Virus record (IMG/VR): IMGVR_UViG_3300020161_002487
Span: 1 to 63,347 of that record
Direction: 5' to 3' (one strand)
Length of the DNA stretch: 63,347 nucleotides
Source: a virus
Taxonomy: Duplodnaviria; Caudoviricetes
Part shown: positions 47,703 through 58,334 of the stretch, piece by piece
Position numbering within the stretch: the stretch's first letter is position 1
Layout: the number at the start of each line of letters is the position of its first letter
Translations under genes and position numbers: made by a program
Notes under the pieces: model-generated
Database searches by the model: none
Told to the model about the DNA's origin: nothing
Seen by the model: only the letters and a program-made list of their open reading frames with translations

Positions 47703-50324
47703 ATGGTAAAAGAATGGTCACTGGATAATTTAAATTTAAATGCAACCCAAAAGAAGGCAGTAGAGAAGTTTCTTTACTATTTGCTGCCTTCGACTCTTAG
47801 TGACGAAAAATTTAAATATTATGCTGCTAGATGGTTTCTGAGTAAATCTTTTGACAAAACAGAGTATCAAAAATTTTTAGATGGATACTTCAACGATAAG
47901 ATCCATAAGGCTTATATTGAATATATTAATGCTTATATAAAAAAAGAAGAAGCAGATAATAAAATTCCCGTACCTGAACCCAAAGCAAGATTAAAAAGAT
48001 TCTTAACTGGAAATGATAGATTAGAAAACAATGCAATATCATCTGATTTAACTAATGTTAAACCAGTAAGTGATTTAAAAAAATTACTTAGAGGAAACAG
48101 ATTTATTAATGACTCCCTACCGGATGAATTACAATTTCCAAAGCTAAATTGGTGGAATATAGAACTTCAGTTTGAATCTGATTTTGATAGAGCATGTTAT
48201 ATTGTAAGAAATAAAAAAAAACAATCGAAAAAAGAACAAGAATTTGTAGATTGGATAAAACAAGTTAGTGGTCAGTCTTTATCGGATATTCGTCAAAAAC
48301 ATTGTGAAAAAGTAATTAAAGTTATAATACTACTGATTAAAAAACAGTATGGAGATAAGGGCCATTGGAAAAATGGTCCTCGTGGTAAAATTGTAGTTCC
48401 AAAAATACCTCTTGATTTTACTCCCACAAAGGCTTCGGCATCGATTTCTAATAGATCGGGAACAACAAGAAGAACTGGAAGAGGAGCAACAACAGGAGCA
48501 AGAATTACTGGAAGAACAACCACAGTAAGTAGAGCAAATATAGTTTCAAATCAAAATAAATCAGATTGCTGTACTGAGCAAGTAGAGATATTAGAAAAGA
48601 TATTAAAATCAATAAAAAATATAGGAGAGTTGTTTTTAACTCAACAAACTCTTTCTTATTCTGGGCAGAAAAAAAGTTATATTACAGATGAAGAAAGAAG
48701 AAGAAAAGATGCAGAAAAAGAGTTTGAGCAATCTACAAAAAATTTAAAGAAATCATTCGCTAAATTATTCACTCCAATACAAGGCATCATGGATTCCATT
48801 ATTGGATTCTTTATTGCGAATATTTTAGGGAAAGCATTTATTGATATTTTGAAATGGGCAACTGATCCAAAAAATCAGAAAATGATGTCCAGTCTTGGAC
48901 GGTTTTTTAAAGATTGGTGGCCTGCTTTACTTGGTGCGTTCGTTTTATATTGCACCAGTTTTGGTAAGTTTGTTAGATCTAGTGTTGGTTTTGTAATTAG
49001 TTTAGGTAAATATATTGCGACCAATGGATTTAAAGCATTACGTGCAATACTAGCCAGCGCAGGAAAAAATGCACTTATTGGTGGAGCTATTCTTGCTGGT
49101 ACAGTTGGTACTGGATACTTGGTAGGAAATGCAATGAGGGCTTCGGAAAATAACTCTGGGGCACCGACAACTCCTAATTTTAGTATACCAACAGCAAAAC
49201 AATCATTTGCTAATGGTGGCCTAGTTAAATTTTTAAGACAAAGAAAAACAAATATTAATAATATTGCATTTGATGGTGGTGGTCATGTAGATAAATCATC
49301 TGGAATGCCAATTACTGGTGCTGGACCAGATACTCAATTGGTTGCATTGAGTCCAGGTGAATATGTTATGACTAGATCTGCGGTTAATAGATATGGATCA
49401 AATTATTTTGAATCTTTGAATAAATCTGTTGGTAAAATATCAAGACCAGGAAAGGCAAATAATATTCAATTAGCAAATCAAGGTGGTGAAGTTGGAACTG
49501 CAGTTAAGCATTTAATAGAAGATGAAAAGTTATCTTCATTGACGCCGGGAGTCAATGATTATATTTCTCCCGGTTTAAGAAGTTCTATTAGTAATACACC
49601 ATGGGCTTCAATATCAAAAAATCCAAATACAAAAATTTATCCATATCGAGTAAGGTCAGGGGATGCTCCAATTATAGGATGGGGATCCACTTTTTATGAT
49701 AGTCTGAGGAAGGGAAATAAACCAGTCAAAATGTCTGACGTTATAACAAAATCAAAAGCAGATAGTATATTAAAATTTCAAGTTCAAGATTTATCTGATT
49801 ATTATAGTAAAAATATTCCATATTGGAAATATATGTCTGCGAACCAGAGAGCTGGTTTGGCCATGTTTGGCTATAATGCAGGTACTTATGCTCCTTTGGG
49901 ACAATATAAAAAAATAAGTGCTGGACTAAAATCTGGAAACATGCAAATTGTTGCCAAAGAATTACAAAGAGGTGGAGTAAGCACAAAAAGAGTTGCACTC
50001 GAAAGGAGTTTGGTTCTTAGTGGACCCATAGACTTAAGGTCATTGGCGGAAAAGGATAAAACAAATGTAAATACAAATAGAACAAATAGACAGAAAGTCG
50101 CATTTGCAACACAGAATAATCCATCTTTATCTGCTCCAGGTCCAAGACCGCAATCTGGAAGTTTTGACATATCAACCCTACCACCAATTTATGCTGGTAA
50201 TAAAAATACCCCATCTCCTGTAGCTGGAGATACTATGGTAGAATCTTTTTCTGCAACTGCACCATCATCTGTTTCTAGTAGAAAACAGAATGCCGAACTA
50301 CTTGGAATTAAAGGTATCGGATAA
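47703..50324 (+). CDS. Large tail/baseplate-hub protein with C-terminal lysozyme-like domain
   Basis: GPDTQLVALSPGEYVM; IGWGST...FGYNAG lysozyme-like motifs; position after gp51. Confidence 0.7.
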   Translation: MVKEWSLDNLNLNATQKKAVEKFLYYLLPSTLSDEKFKYYAARWFLSKSFDKTEYQKFLDGYFNDKIHKAYIEYINAYIKKEEADNKIPVPEPKARLKRFLTGNDRLENNAISSDLTNVKPVSDLKKLLRGNRFINDSLPDELQFPKLNWWNIELQFESDFDRACYIVRNKKKQSKKEQEFVDWIKQVSGQSLSDIRQKHCEKVIKVIILLIKKQYGDKGHWKNGPRGKIVVPKIPLDFTPTKASASISNRSGTTRRTGRGATTGARITGRTTTVSRANIVSNQNKSDCCTEQVEILEKILKSIKNIGELFLTQQTLSYSGQKKSYITDEERRRKDAEKEFEQSTKNLKKSFAKLFTPIQGIMDSIIGFFIANILGKAFIDILKWATDPKNQKMMSSLGRFFKDWWPALLGAFVLYCTSFGKFVRSSVGFVISLGKYIATNGFKALRAILASAGKNALIGGAILAGTVGTGYLVGNAMRASENNSGAPTTPNFSIPTAKQSFANGGLVKFLRQRKTNINNIAFDGGGHVDKSSGMPITGAGPDTQLVALSPGEYVMTRSAVNRYGSNYFESLNKSVGKISRPGKANNIQLANQGGEVGTAVKHLIEDEKLSSLTPGVNDYISPGLRSSISNTPWASISKNPNTKIYPYRVRSGDAPIIGWGSTFYDSLRKGNKPVKMSDVITKSKADSILKFQVQDLSDYYSKNIPYWKYMSANQRAGLAMFGYNAGTYAPLGQYKKISAGLKSGNMQIVAKELQRGGVSTKRVALERSLVLSGPIDLRSLAEKDKTNVNTNRTNRQKVAFATQNNPSLSAPGPRPQSGSFDISTLPPIYAGNKNTPSPVAGDTMVESFSATAPSSVSSRKQNAELLGIKGIG

Positions 50325-53167
50325 TGGCAATACAAAGCACAACGACTCCAATTGTAAGACCAAGAACTACATTGATTCCTAGAACCATAGTATCCACAAG
50401 AATATCCACTAATAATTGCTGCCCAATATCAGACAAGTTGACAGCAATTTATGTTGAAGTAAAGAAAATAGAATCTTTATTAAAAACAAATGCTGACATA
50501 GTTAGAGCATTACAGAGAAGGCAACAAATAGAGACCGAAACACAGAATAGAAAATCGAAGGAAAAAAATAAAGAAAAGTCAACTTCAAATAAAGGTAAAG
50601 GTAAAGATAATATTTTAACTCCCCCAACCGGAGGTGGGGGAATATTTCAATCAATAACCCAATTTTTATTGATGAATATATTGGGCTTGGCTGCTCCCAA
50701 GATAATTCAATATGCCCCACAAATATCCTGGGTAATAAAAAATATAATTTATTTGTCTAAATTTTTATCGATGTTTACAACGGAGGTTTTTAAAAATTTT
50801 GTAAGGTCTATTCACATTGCATATCGAGCTTATGATACAACAAGAAAAATAGTAAAAGATATTGGTGGGGAAAACTTCCAAAAAACATTTGATGATACTT
50901 CTTCTATTTTAAATAAATTTTTAAATGCTGCTGTTATTGTTGGATTGACAGTTGCTAGTTCTGGTTCTGGTGGATCTCCGGGAGATGGAAGAAGAGGAAG
51001 GGGCAGAGGAAGAAGTGGACGAGGAAGAAGTGGAAGAGGTGGGGGAGGTAGTGGTTTTGGTTCTGCTAGAAATGCTGGATCACTAGGAACAGCAAACCCA
51101 GGAAATGCAGGAAGTGGTGGGACAAAGTTAGTTAGCTCTGGGTTTAGGAAGATATTAGGAAAAATTCAAATTGTTGGTCCCCTTATTGGATTCATTCTTG
51201 ATTTGATTATGGGAGAACCAGTCGGAAGAGCTGCTGCTGGTGCAGTTGGATCTTTGATTGGTATGGGAATTGCTGGTGCATTAGTTGGTGCTGGAACATT
51301 TGGTATTGGCGCTATTGCTGGTGGAATGATAGGTGGTTGGATTGGAGATCTTATTGGAACTTCTTTGTACGATGCCGTGGCTCCTATGGCTGGTTGGCAA
51401 GTTACAACACAAGCTCAAGGCGGAGCAGTTGGAAATAAAAAAACTAATGTGAGTGTCTCAACAAGAAGAACAAAAACCAGAACAAAACCATCAATACAAA
51501 GATTTAATAAAGTTCAACCCGGCAAAAATGTTGGTGGAGAACAAGAAATCAAAAAGTTATATTCAGATCCAGATAGCGGAAAACAAGCAAGTCCATATAA
51601 AGCATTGGTCAGAACATCTGAAATATTGAAGAAAAATTCTTTCAGTGCTCTCATGGCTGCTGGTGTTGATTTGGCATTGGGACAGAATGTTGATAAGAAG
51701 ATATTTAGAAACTTTGCAGATCAGTTGAATTACATGGTTGAGTCATCATATGATCCAGACTCAAACTATGGTATATCTTCTGTGAATCGACAGGTATTAA
51801 CTGCTGCAACCGGAGGAAAAATTCCTGTTGGTAGAACTGGTGGATTAGCAAAAAATAATTTTTCTGATCAACTTTATGATTCTATGATTTCTATGATGAA
51901 CATAAAATCAAATGATATTTTTTCTGAGATTAGAAAAAATTTAAGTTTAGCTGGACCAGATGAAACATCTCCCGGTGGTCCAACTTCTGGGGGAGATAAT
52001 GGCGGAGGAAGCCCAAATCTAATTGGACATGCCAATGCGACAGAAGTTTATAATTATCTTGTTAACGATTTGCACTTTACTCCAGAAGCTGCATCTGGTG
52101 TTCTTGGAAATCTATTGCAGGAGAGCGGGGCAATAGACCCAAGACAAGTCCAACATGGTGGAGGAAACGGAAAGGGAATATTACAATGGGATCCAGTCAG
52201 ATGGGGAAGAATGCTATCATGGGCAAGAGAAAATAATAAAGATCCATATAAATTAAGAACTCAATTGGAATGGATGACCATTGAAATGAAACAACGTGGA
52301 ACTTTTAACCGACTTAAAGGACTTACGGACGTAAGAAAAGCAGTTGATTTGTTTGAAGAAGACATGCAAGATGCTGGTGTTCCAATGATGGAAAAAAGAT
52401 ATGGATATGCAGCAAATGCTTATGCGAGTTTTGCTCCAAGTGCAGTTAATTTTGGTCGAATGATAGGCACTACTGTTATAGATGAAGCTGATGTGGCGAA
52501 TGATAGAAATCCTCTTATTGGTCTAACTCCAGGTGAAGGGTTTCGGCAAAATAGACGATCTCATACTGGAATTGATATTGGAACTTATAATAAAAGGGGA
52601 TGGTATGTTGGATTTAGAATGTCAGGAAAAGTAACATACGCTGGGACTTCAAGTGGTTACGGAAATTTGGTTATCATTAAGTGTGGAAATATTGAATTTT
52701 ATTTTGCTCACCTCGCTAGTATAATGATAAAAAACGGGCAACAATATAATGGAGAAACTATAGGAGAAATTGGAAAGACGGGAGGAACAGATGACATTCA
52801 TTTGCACTTTGAAGCCAGACCAAATGGAACTCCAGTAGATCCAAGACCATATCTCAAATTATTATCATTAGGAAGAAGACTTTCTGGTTCTGCTGGACAA
52901 CAACCACCGGGAGCTAGACAACCTACCGGAACTACTTCAACTGGAAATAATAGACCAAGAAGTAATGCACTAGGAGAATATCAAGGAAATAATGATGGCG
53001 CATCGACCTCTACTACTCCACAATCGACCAATATCGCACAATTGGCACCCCCAGGGCAGCAACCTCAATCCGGCTCATCCGCAGTGACATCAGTTATATC
53101 AAATAAAACTTATAGCGATGTAGCAACCAAAACCACACTGACTGTTCTGCCAGTTGTCTTTGGGTAA
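50324..53167 (+). CDS. Large tail protein with lysozyme2-like and M23 peptidase domains
   Basis: GVLGNLLQES/GILQW; HTGID, GYGN, FAHL, HLHFE. Confidence 0.8.
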   Translation: MAIQSTTTPIVRPRTTLIPRTIVSTRISTNNCCPISDKLTAIYVEVKKIESLLKTNADIVRALQRRQQIETETQNRKSKEKNKEKSTSNKGKGKDNILTPPTGGGGIFQSITQFLLMNILGLAAPKIIQYAPQISWVIKNIIYLSKFLSMFTTEVFKNFVRSIHIAYRAYDTTRKIVKDIGGENFQKTFDDTSSILNKFLNAAVIVGLTVASSGSGGSPGDGRRGRGRGRSGRGRSGRGGGGSGFGSARNAGSLGTANPGNAGSGGTKLVSSGFRKILGKIQIVGPLIGFILDLIMGEPVGRAAAGAVGSLIGMGIAGALVGAGTFGIGAIAGGMIGGWIGDLIGTSLYDAVAPMAGWQVTTQAQGGAVGNKKTNVSVSTRRTKTRTKPSIQRFNKVQPGKNVGGEQEIKKLYSDPDSGKQASPYKALVRTSEILKKNSFSALMAAGVDLALGQNVDKKIFRNFADQLNYMVESSYDPDSNYGISSVNRQVLTAATGGKIPVGRTGGLAKNNFSDQLYDSMISMMNIKSNDIFSEIRKNLSLAGPDETSPGGPTSGGDNGGGSPNLIGHANATEVYNYLVNDLHFTPEAASGVLGNLLQESGAIDPRQVQHGGGNGKGILQWDPVRWGRMLSWARENNKDPYKLRTQLEWMTIEMKQRGTFNRLKGLTDVRKAVDLFEEDMQDAGVPMMEKRYGYAANAYASFAPSAVNFGRMIGTTVIDEADVANDRNPLIGLTPGEGFRQNRRSHTGIDIGTYNKRGWYVGFRMSGKVTYAGTSSGYGNLVIIKCGNIEFYFAHLASIMIKNGQQYNGETIGEIGKTGGTDDIHLHFEARPNGTPVDPRPYLKLLSLGRRLSGSAGQQPPGARQPTGTTSTGNNRPRSNALGEYQGNNDGASTSTTPQSTNIAQLAPPGQQPQSGSSAVTSVISNKTYSDVATKTTLTVLPVVFG

Positions 53168-53188
53168 ATAAAATAAAGGAGCACCGAC

Positions 53189-54487
53189 ATGATAAATCTA
53201 CCTCAGATAGAACCAAAAGTATTTGAAGTATTTTCCTCCGACGGAAAGCACAAAGCAGACATCAAAAATGGTGTCCATTCTTTGTACTATTATGAAAGTA
53301 TATTGGAAGATTCTGTCATAGTTTCTTTTAATTTATTGGATACTGGATTTAGATTGGGCGAAGGAAAGACGACTGAAATTACTGAGTATGGAAAAACCGA
53401 TTTGCAGTTTGGTGAAAAAATATATCTTAATTTGGAAGATGATGCTGGAAACAAAATATTATTTTCGACAGAAGAAAGACAATTTAGATTTGCAGCAAAG
53501 CCAAGTAAAATAAGAACAAATCAACTTGTCATAATGTCTGCCAATTTGGTTTCATATGAAACTATAGTAGAGAAAAATTTGGACAGCAGAGTTTCTTCTT
53601 TTTATGATGGAAGAGTATCCGACATAGCAAGTAATATATTTAAAAATCATTTAAAGACAAAAAAAGATATAGAAATTGATCCAACAATTAATACGTTAAA
53701 AGTAGAAGGAAGTATCGATCATACTGGATGCCCTTTTCATAGATTAAATTGGCTATCAAAAAGAGCAGTACCAGAGATTAAATCTTCATTTGGAAACACT
53801 GCTGGATATTTTTTCTATGAAACAGCAGATGGTTATAAATTTAAATCAATCGATGTATTGTTAAATCAGACGCCAAAGAAAAAATTAATATTGAATAATT
53901 CAACGGAAACTCCACCGGGATATGATGGAAAGATTCTTTCTAGTTCATCTTCTTCTGGTCTTCCCTATATTGAACACAAAAAACTTGGTACTTATGAATC
54001 ACAAAGAATAACGTTTAATCCTTACGATAATAAATATGAAACAAAAACAATATCATCAGAAGATCAAGATAGAGCTGCAATTAGAGCTGGAAGAGCTACT
54101 CCAGTTATTCCAAGTGAAGTAAAGGGAGCATCAAAAATTACATCTACAATTGAAGATATTGGAAGCAATATTCCCGGAAACATCTCAGATCAAATTAGGA
54201 ATTCTAAGAATCCCAATTTTGACGTAAAAGAAATTTTAAACCAATCCTTCATGAGATACAATCAATTATTTGCGATTCAAATGTCGATAACAATATTTGC
54301 GGATTTATCTCTTCATGCAGGTGATGTGATTGAATGCTATTTCCCGGAGGTTAGCTCTAAAATTACAAAATTGGCAAGTGGCAAAGAATCTGGAAAATAT
54401 TTAATTTCTGACCTGTGCCACTACGTGTCACCTGAGGGGCCAAATTACACGAAATTAAATCTAATCAGGGATTCATATGGCATTTAA
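53189..54487 (+). CDS. Probable baseplate hub (gp27-like)
   Basis: YYESI, GYFFYET..GYKFKSID, SGKYLISDLCH...LIRDS; upstream of gp5. Confidence 0.65.
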   Translation: MINLPQIEPKVFEVFSSDGKHKADIKNGVHSLYYYESILEDSVIVSFNLLDTGFRLGEGKTTEITEYGKTDLQFGEKIYLNLEDDAGNKILFSTEERQFRFAAKPSKIRTNQLVIMSANLVSYETIVEKNLDSRVSSFYDGRVSDIASNIFKNHLKTKKDIEIDPTINTLKVEGSIDHTGCPFHRLNWLSKRAVPEIKSSFGNTAGYFFYETADGYKFKSIDVLLNQTPKKKLILNNSTETPPGYDGKILSSSSSSGLPYIEHKKLGTYESQRITFNPYDNKYETKTISSEDQDRAAIRAGRATPVIPSEVKGASKITSTIEDIGSNIPGNISDQIRNSKNPNFDVKEILNQSFMRYNQLFAIQMSITIFADLSLHAGDVIECYFPEVSSKITKLASGKESGKYLISDLCHYVSPEGPNYTKLNLIRDSYGI

Positions 54488-55142
54488 TTTTTCCACGACC
54501 AGAAACCCAATTTGGTCCTGGGCATTCTTTGGAAAATTTTGTGTTTCCTTTTCCATCGTTCCACCATTTTTTATCTTTATTTGCCTCACTTTGTTTTCTT
54601 CTAGTTTCTTCAGAGTGCGATTTTCCATAATTAGGATGTTTTTCTCCTTTCTTTGCTTCACTTTGCTTTCTTCTAGTTTTTTCAGAATGTGATTTTCCAT
54701 AAAAAGGATGATTTTCTCCTTTATTTTTTTCACTTAATTTTCTTCTGGTTTCTTCTGAAGGTGATTTTCCTTTGTTTGCCTCACTACACTTTCTTCTGGT
54801 TTCTTCTGAGTGCGATTTTCCTTTCTTTGCTTCACTTTGTTTTCTTCTGGTTTCTTCACTTATTATGGCACCAGAAGAACCTTCTCCGCCATCGGTTTTG
54901 TTTCTTAAGATTCCGGTTCCCAAATCCTTTCTACCGAGAAACGCAATCATATACTTCTCGTGCTCGAATGCCTCTTCTTCTGTGAGATTTTGCTTAAGGA
55001 ATATAATTCTCGATTGGTCTTTTGGTTTGTTTATACTTCTATTTGAAGAAAATACTCTATATCCCTTACCTTTCCCGACATAATAAGGAGTTCGATCCTC
55101 ACGCAAATATGCGTAGGTATAATACTCTCTTGGAGTTTCCAT
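54465..55142 (-). CDS. GIY-YIG homing endonuclease with NUMOD3 repeats
   Basis: YYTYAYLR..PYYVGKG, RNKTDGGEG, repeated HSEETRRKQSEA; antisense to the structural operon. Confidence 0.9.
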   Translation of the reverse strand: METPREYYTYAYLREDRTPYYVGKGKGYRVFSSNRSINKPKDQSRIIFLKQNLTEEEAFEHEKYMIAFLGRKDLGTGILRNKTDGGEGSSGAIISEETRRKQSEAKKGKSHSEETRRKCSEANKGKSPSEETRRKLSEKNKGENHPFYGKSHSEKTRRKQSEAKKGEKHPNYGKSHSEETRRKQSEANKDKKWWNDGKGNTKFSKECPGPNWVSGRGKIKCHMNP

Positions 55143-55249
55143 AGTTCTGCTCTTAAATTGGTGGTTATTACTATTTATACAGGAAAAGCACCCAAAGGTG
55201 CTTTATCCCAACCTGAAAAGAACCACCAAATTAGGCATCACTATTTATA
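55143..55249 (-). ncRNA. Endonuclease-associated cassette copy 2
   Basis: Minus strand: TATAAATA-gtgat-GCCTAATTTGGTGGTT-CTTTTCAGG...AAAGCACC/GGTGCTTT-TATAAATA-gtaat-AACCACCAA...AGAACTATG. Confidence 0.7.
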
Positions 55250-55282
55250 AAAAAACTAAATAGTTCAAATTAAATTGGAACA

Positions 55283-55498
55283 ATGGAAACAAAACTTTAT
55301 GACAATGTTTTAAAAATTCAACAAGAATTGGATCTTGGGTTATGTTCAAGACAAAGAAAAAAATATCTGGAGAACGAACTGAGAATGTTATTGGCATACC
55401 AGGAAAAAAATCCAACTCAAGAAGAAACCCCAACTCCATTTCAACTATATTGTTTTGAAAATCCAGAAGCACTAGAGTGTAGAGTATTCGATGTATGA
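55283..55498 (+). CDS. cp12: CP12 Calvin-cycle inhibitor
   Basis: C-terminal FQLYCFENPEALECRVFD matches the CP12 Cys pair motif. Confidence 0.85.
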   Translation: METKLYDNVLKIQQELDLGLCSRQRKKYLENELRMLLAYQEKNPTQEETPTPFQLYCFENPEALECRVFDV

Positions 55499-57765
55499 AT
55501 GATCAACAATTTGGCGAAAATCCCATGCTGTGGATGGGACAGATAGTAGATGATAAGTATTGGAAGGATAATATTGCCTCGGAAAAATGGGACGACTATA
55601 AGAAATTAACAGGTTGGGGATATAGATATAAGGTTAGAATTTTTGGTAAACATAGCGAAGATAAAAGTATAGTTCCAGATGAACGTTTACCGTGGGCAGA
55701 AGTTCTTTATCCAGTAACTGCTGGTTCTGGTCATGGTGCATCTTATCAATCTTCAAATTTGAGAAAAGGTGCTTATGTTTATGGGTTTTACAAGGATGGA
55801 ATAGATCGGACTGGCCCTATTATTATTGGATGCTTACCAAATGCCGATCAGACAAAATTAGAAAATACAATACCTAATACCGGATTTGTTCCTTTTAGTG
55901 CATTCATTGGAGAGAGAGTTCCAGTATATTCTATACCTCCGGGGGGCTCCCCAGCCAAACCAATTGCACCTGGGCCAAGTGGAACCCCGACTCAGGGTGC
56001 AGTCGCAGCTCCAGGTGCCAATAGTACGGCAGATCAAAACCAGATCAACGATGCTAAAAATTCTACTACATTAGCTGTATCTTCTGATTGTCAACAGGTT
56101 CCATTGGGACAAATACAAAATGATATTAAAAAATTACTTAAAGATGTTCAAAATAAAAAGAAAGAATTATATTCTTGGGCAGACTCTATAAAGTCACCAA
56201 TTTCGGATGGCGGAAAACAATATAGTATATCAGAATATATAAAGTATAAAATAGATGGAGTTGCAAAAAATATATCAAAATGGCTAAAAGGTTCAATAAA
56301 AGGAATCGAACAGTTTATATTAGATAAGATAAACGATGCGGCAAAAAAACTTTATTATGCTTTATTCCCAGGAGAAGAAAGATCAAAATTAAAGAAACAA
56401 GTAGATACAGTAAATGATTTGATCGCTTGTCTGTTCAGAAAAATAGTATCAAATTTATTTAAGATGGTAGGAGAGTTTCTAAAAACCATTGTTGAGAGAT
56501 TTATAAACGCTCCTTTATGTGCAATTGAAAATTTTGTTTCTTCTCTTTTAGGAAAATTAACAGGATTAATTACTTCCGCTTTGGGTATAATACTAGCTCC
56601 ATTAAATGCTATTCTGGGAGTAGTCAATGTAGTTGGGGATATATTTGGATTAATTGAAAATATTCTTTCATTTTTAAGTTGTGATGACAAGCCAGCTTGT
56701 CCAGAAATAAAAAAATGGAGCATTTGGGATGGTCCGGAAAAATCACAGGACATTACAAATGCTAATTTTTCTTCCATTAGAGATAAGGCAAAAACATTTG
56801 CATCAAATATAGCGACTAGTGTAGATCCAAATACATTTAATTTTGATTTAAATTTTGATGATGTATTTACCGATACATGTAACGTTGGTCCACTGCTCTG
56901 TGGCCCTCCTACTGTAGATTTTTTTGGTGGATCTGGATCTGGAGCATCTGGCAATGCGATAGTAAGTGCTACTGGAAAAATAGTTGGAATAGATATAATA
57001 AATGGTGGATCTGGATATTCCTCTGCACCAATAGTTAAACTTACAGATAGTTGTGGAAAAGGAAGTGGGGCAGTTGCAAATGCAATTATAAATAATGGAC
57101 AAGTAACAGGAGCCATAATAAAAGAATCTGGCTCAAAGTATCTTCCAGCTCAAGATGGAAGTTTAGGTGGAGATGGAGATACTTGGGCAAAAAATAGCGA
57201 TACTACAGTCCAAAGAAAAGATGGAAAATTTGATGTTCCTTATCCACCAGGAGAAAATATTCAAATAAATGAGGGAGACAAAGTAAGATTTCCAACCGGC
57301 ACATCAGTAAATGTTGGTGGACAGATTATAAATGGTGGAAATTATATAACGTCAACAAAAACTGCATCAATTACTACTCCACCTCCATCAGATTCGGCAT
57401 CCATTTTTGGTACTTATGCAACATTAGGAACTGGGAAATATCCAGTGATATTGACATTATGTGAAGCAAGAGTTGGAAATGTCGGAATAAATTATTCTCC
57501 AACTGATAAAATTATAATTGAACCCGCCAATGGCGCAGAAGCAACTCCAGTATTTGGATCATTTGGTACTTTATCTGAGGTAAAAATTATTTCAACTGGA
57601 ACTGGATTTACGGAAAAACCTAAGATATACATTGAAAGCGAAACCGGATATAATTCAGAGATAATTCCAATATTATGTGTAACTAGAGTTGGAGAAAATG
57701 AAATAAAAGATCCAACATATCAAGATAAAATAATTTCAGTAATAGATTGTGTAGGTAAAGTATAA
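55495..57765 (+). CDS. gp5: Baseplate hub / spike gp5-like
   Basis: WMGQIVD...RYKVRIFG.H...LPWA OB-fold N-terminus; GSGY repeats. Confidence 0.8.
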   Translation: MNDQQFGENPMLWMGQIVDDKYWKDNIASEKWDDYKKLTGWGYRYKVRIFGKHSEDKSIVPDERLPWAEVLYPVTAGSGHGASYQSSNLRKGAYVYGFYKDGIDRTGPIIIGCLPNADQTKLENTIPNTGFVPFSAFIGERVPVYSIPPGGSPAKPIAPGPSGTPTQGAVAAPGANSTADQNQINDAKNSTTLAVSSDCQQVPLGQIQNDIKKLLKDVQNKKKELYSWADSIKSPISDGGKQYSISEYIKYKIDGVAKNISKWLKGSIKGIEQFILDKINDAAKKLYYALFPGEERSKLKKQVDTVNDLIACLFRKIVSNLFKMVGEFLKTIVERFINAPLCAIENFVSSLLGKLTGLITSALGIILAPLNAILGVVNVVGDIFGLIENILSFLSCDDKPACPEIKKWSIWDGPEKSQDITNANFSSIRDKAKTFASNIATSVDPNTFNFDLNFDDVFTDTCNVGPLLCGPPTVDFFGGSGSGASGNAIVSATGKIVGIDIINGGSGYSSAPIVKLTDSCGKGSGAVANAIINNGQVTGAIIKESGSKYLPAQDGSLGGDGDTWAKNSDTTVQRKDGKFDVPYPPGENIQINEGDKVRFPTGTSVNVGGQIINGGNYITSTKTASITTPPPSDSASIFGTYATLGTGKYPVILTLCEARVGNVGINYSPTDKIIIEPANGAEATPVFGSFGTLSEVKIISTGTGFTEKPKIYIESETGYNSEIIPILCVTRVGENEIKDPTYQDKIISVIDCVGKV

Positions 57766-58331
57766 TGCCAGATTCAAATTATAATACAATTAGATATGGA
57801 AATAGTGATGCAGAAATTAAATTTGGTCATATTAATGATGATGGAAAAATATCCTCATTTACAATAAGAAGTGGACATGAGGCGAATCATTATATTTCCC
57901 TAGAATCAGAAGGAGAACCACATAGAAAGCATGGAACAATTGCAAGATCAACTGGTTCATTTCAAGTAAAAGCTGGAGATAATGTTCCTTATGGTCAACC
58001 AGGAATTTATTATGATGCAGTGAATGGTGATATTGTATTAAATGCAAGAAATGGAAGAATAAGATTGATTGCAGAAAATATAGATATTTTGGCTCAGGGT
58101 GGAGATAATTCAAATGGAGTCATTACAATAGATTCAAATGAAAAGATAATCATAAAATCACCAATTGTAGACGTAAGATCGAGCGTCTCTACAAAAATAT
58201 TCTCAGAAAAAACAGTAGAGTTAATTGGAAAGGGAATACTAAATATGTACGGTGGATTAATAGATGCCGCAGATGGCGCAACAAAAATGAATAAATCCAA
58301 ATACGATTCATCCAATGAGGATAGATTTTAA
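57765..58331 (+). CDS. Beta-helix spike-like structural protein
   Basis: Repeating short beta strands; TAATG coupling to gp5. Confidence 0.6.
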   Translation: MPDSNYNTIRYGNSDAEIKFGHINDDGKISSFTIRSGHEANHYISLESEGEPHRKHGTIARSTGSFQVKAGDNVPYGQPGIYYDAVNGDIVLNARNGRIRLIAENIDILAQGGDNSNGVITIDSNEKIIIKSPIVDVRSSVSTKIFSEKTVELIGKGILNMYGGLIDAADGATKMNKSKYDSSNEDRF

Positions 58332-58334
58332 AAT

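Noticed and set aside
54560-54860. Nucleotide repeats inside the minus-strand nuclease as a separate element
   Set aside because: They encode ordinary NUMOD3 DNA-binding repeats.
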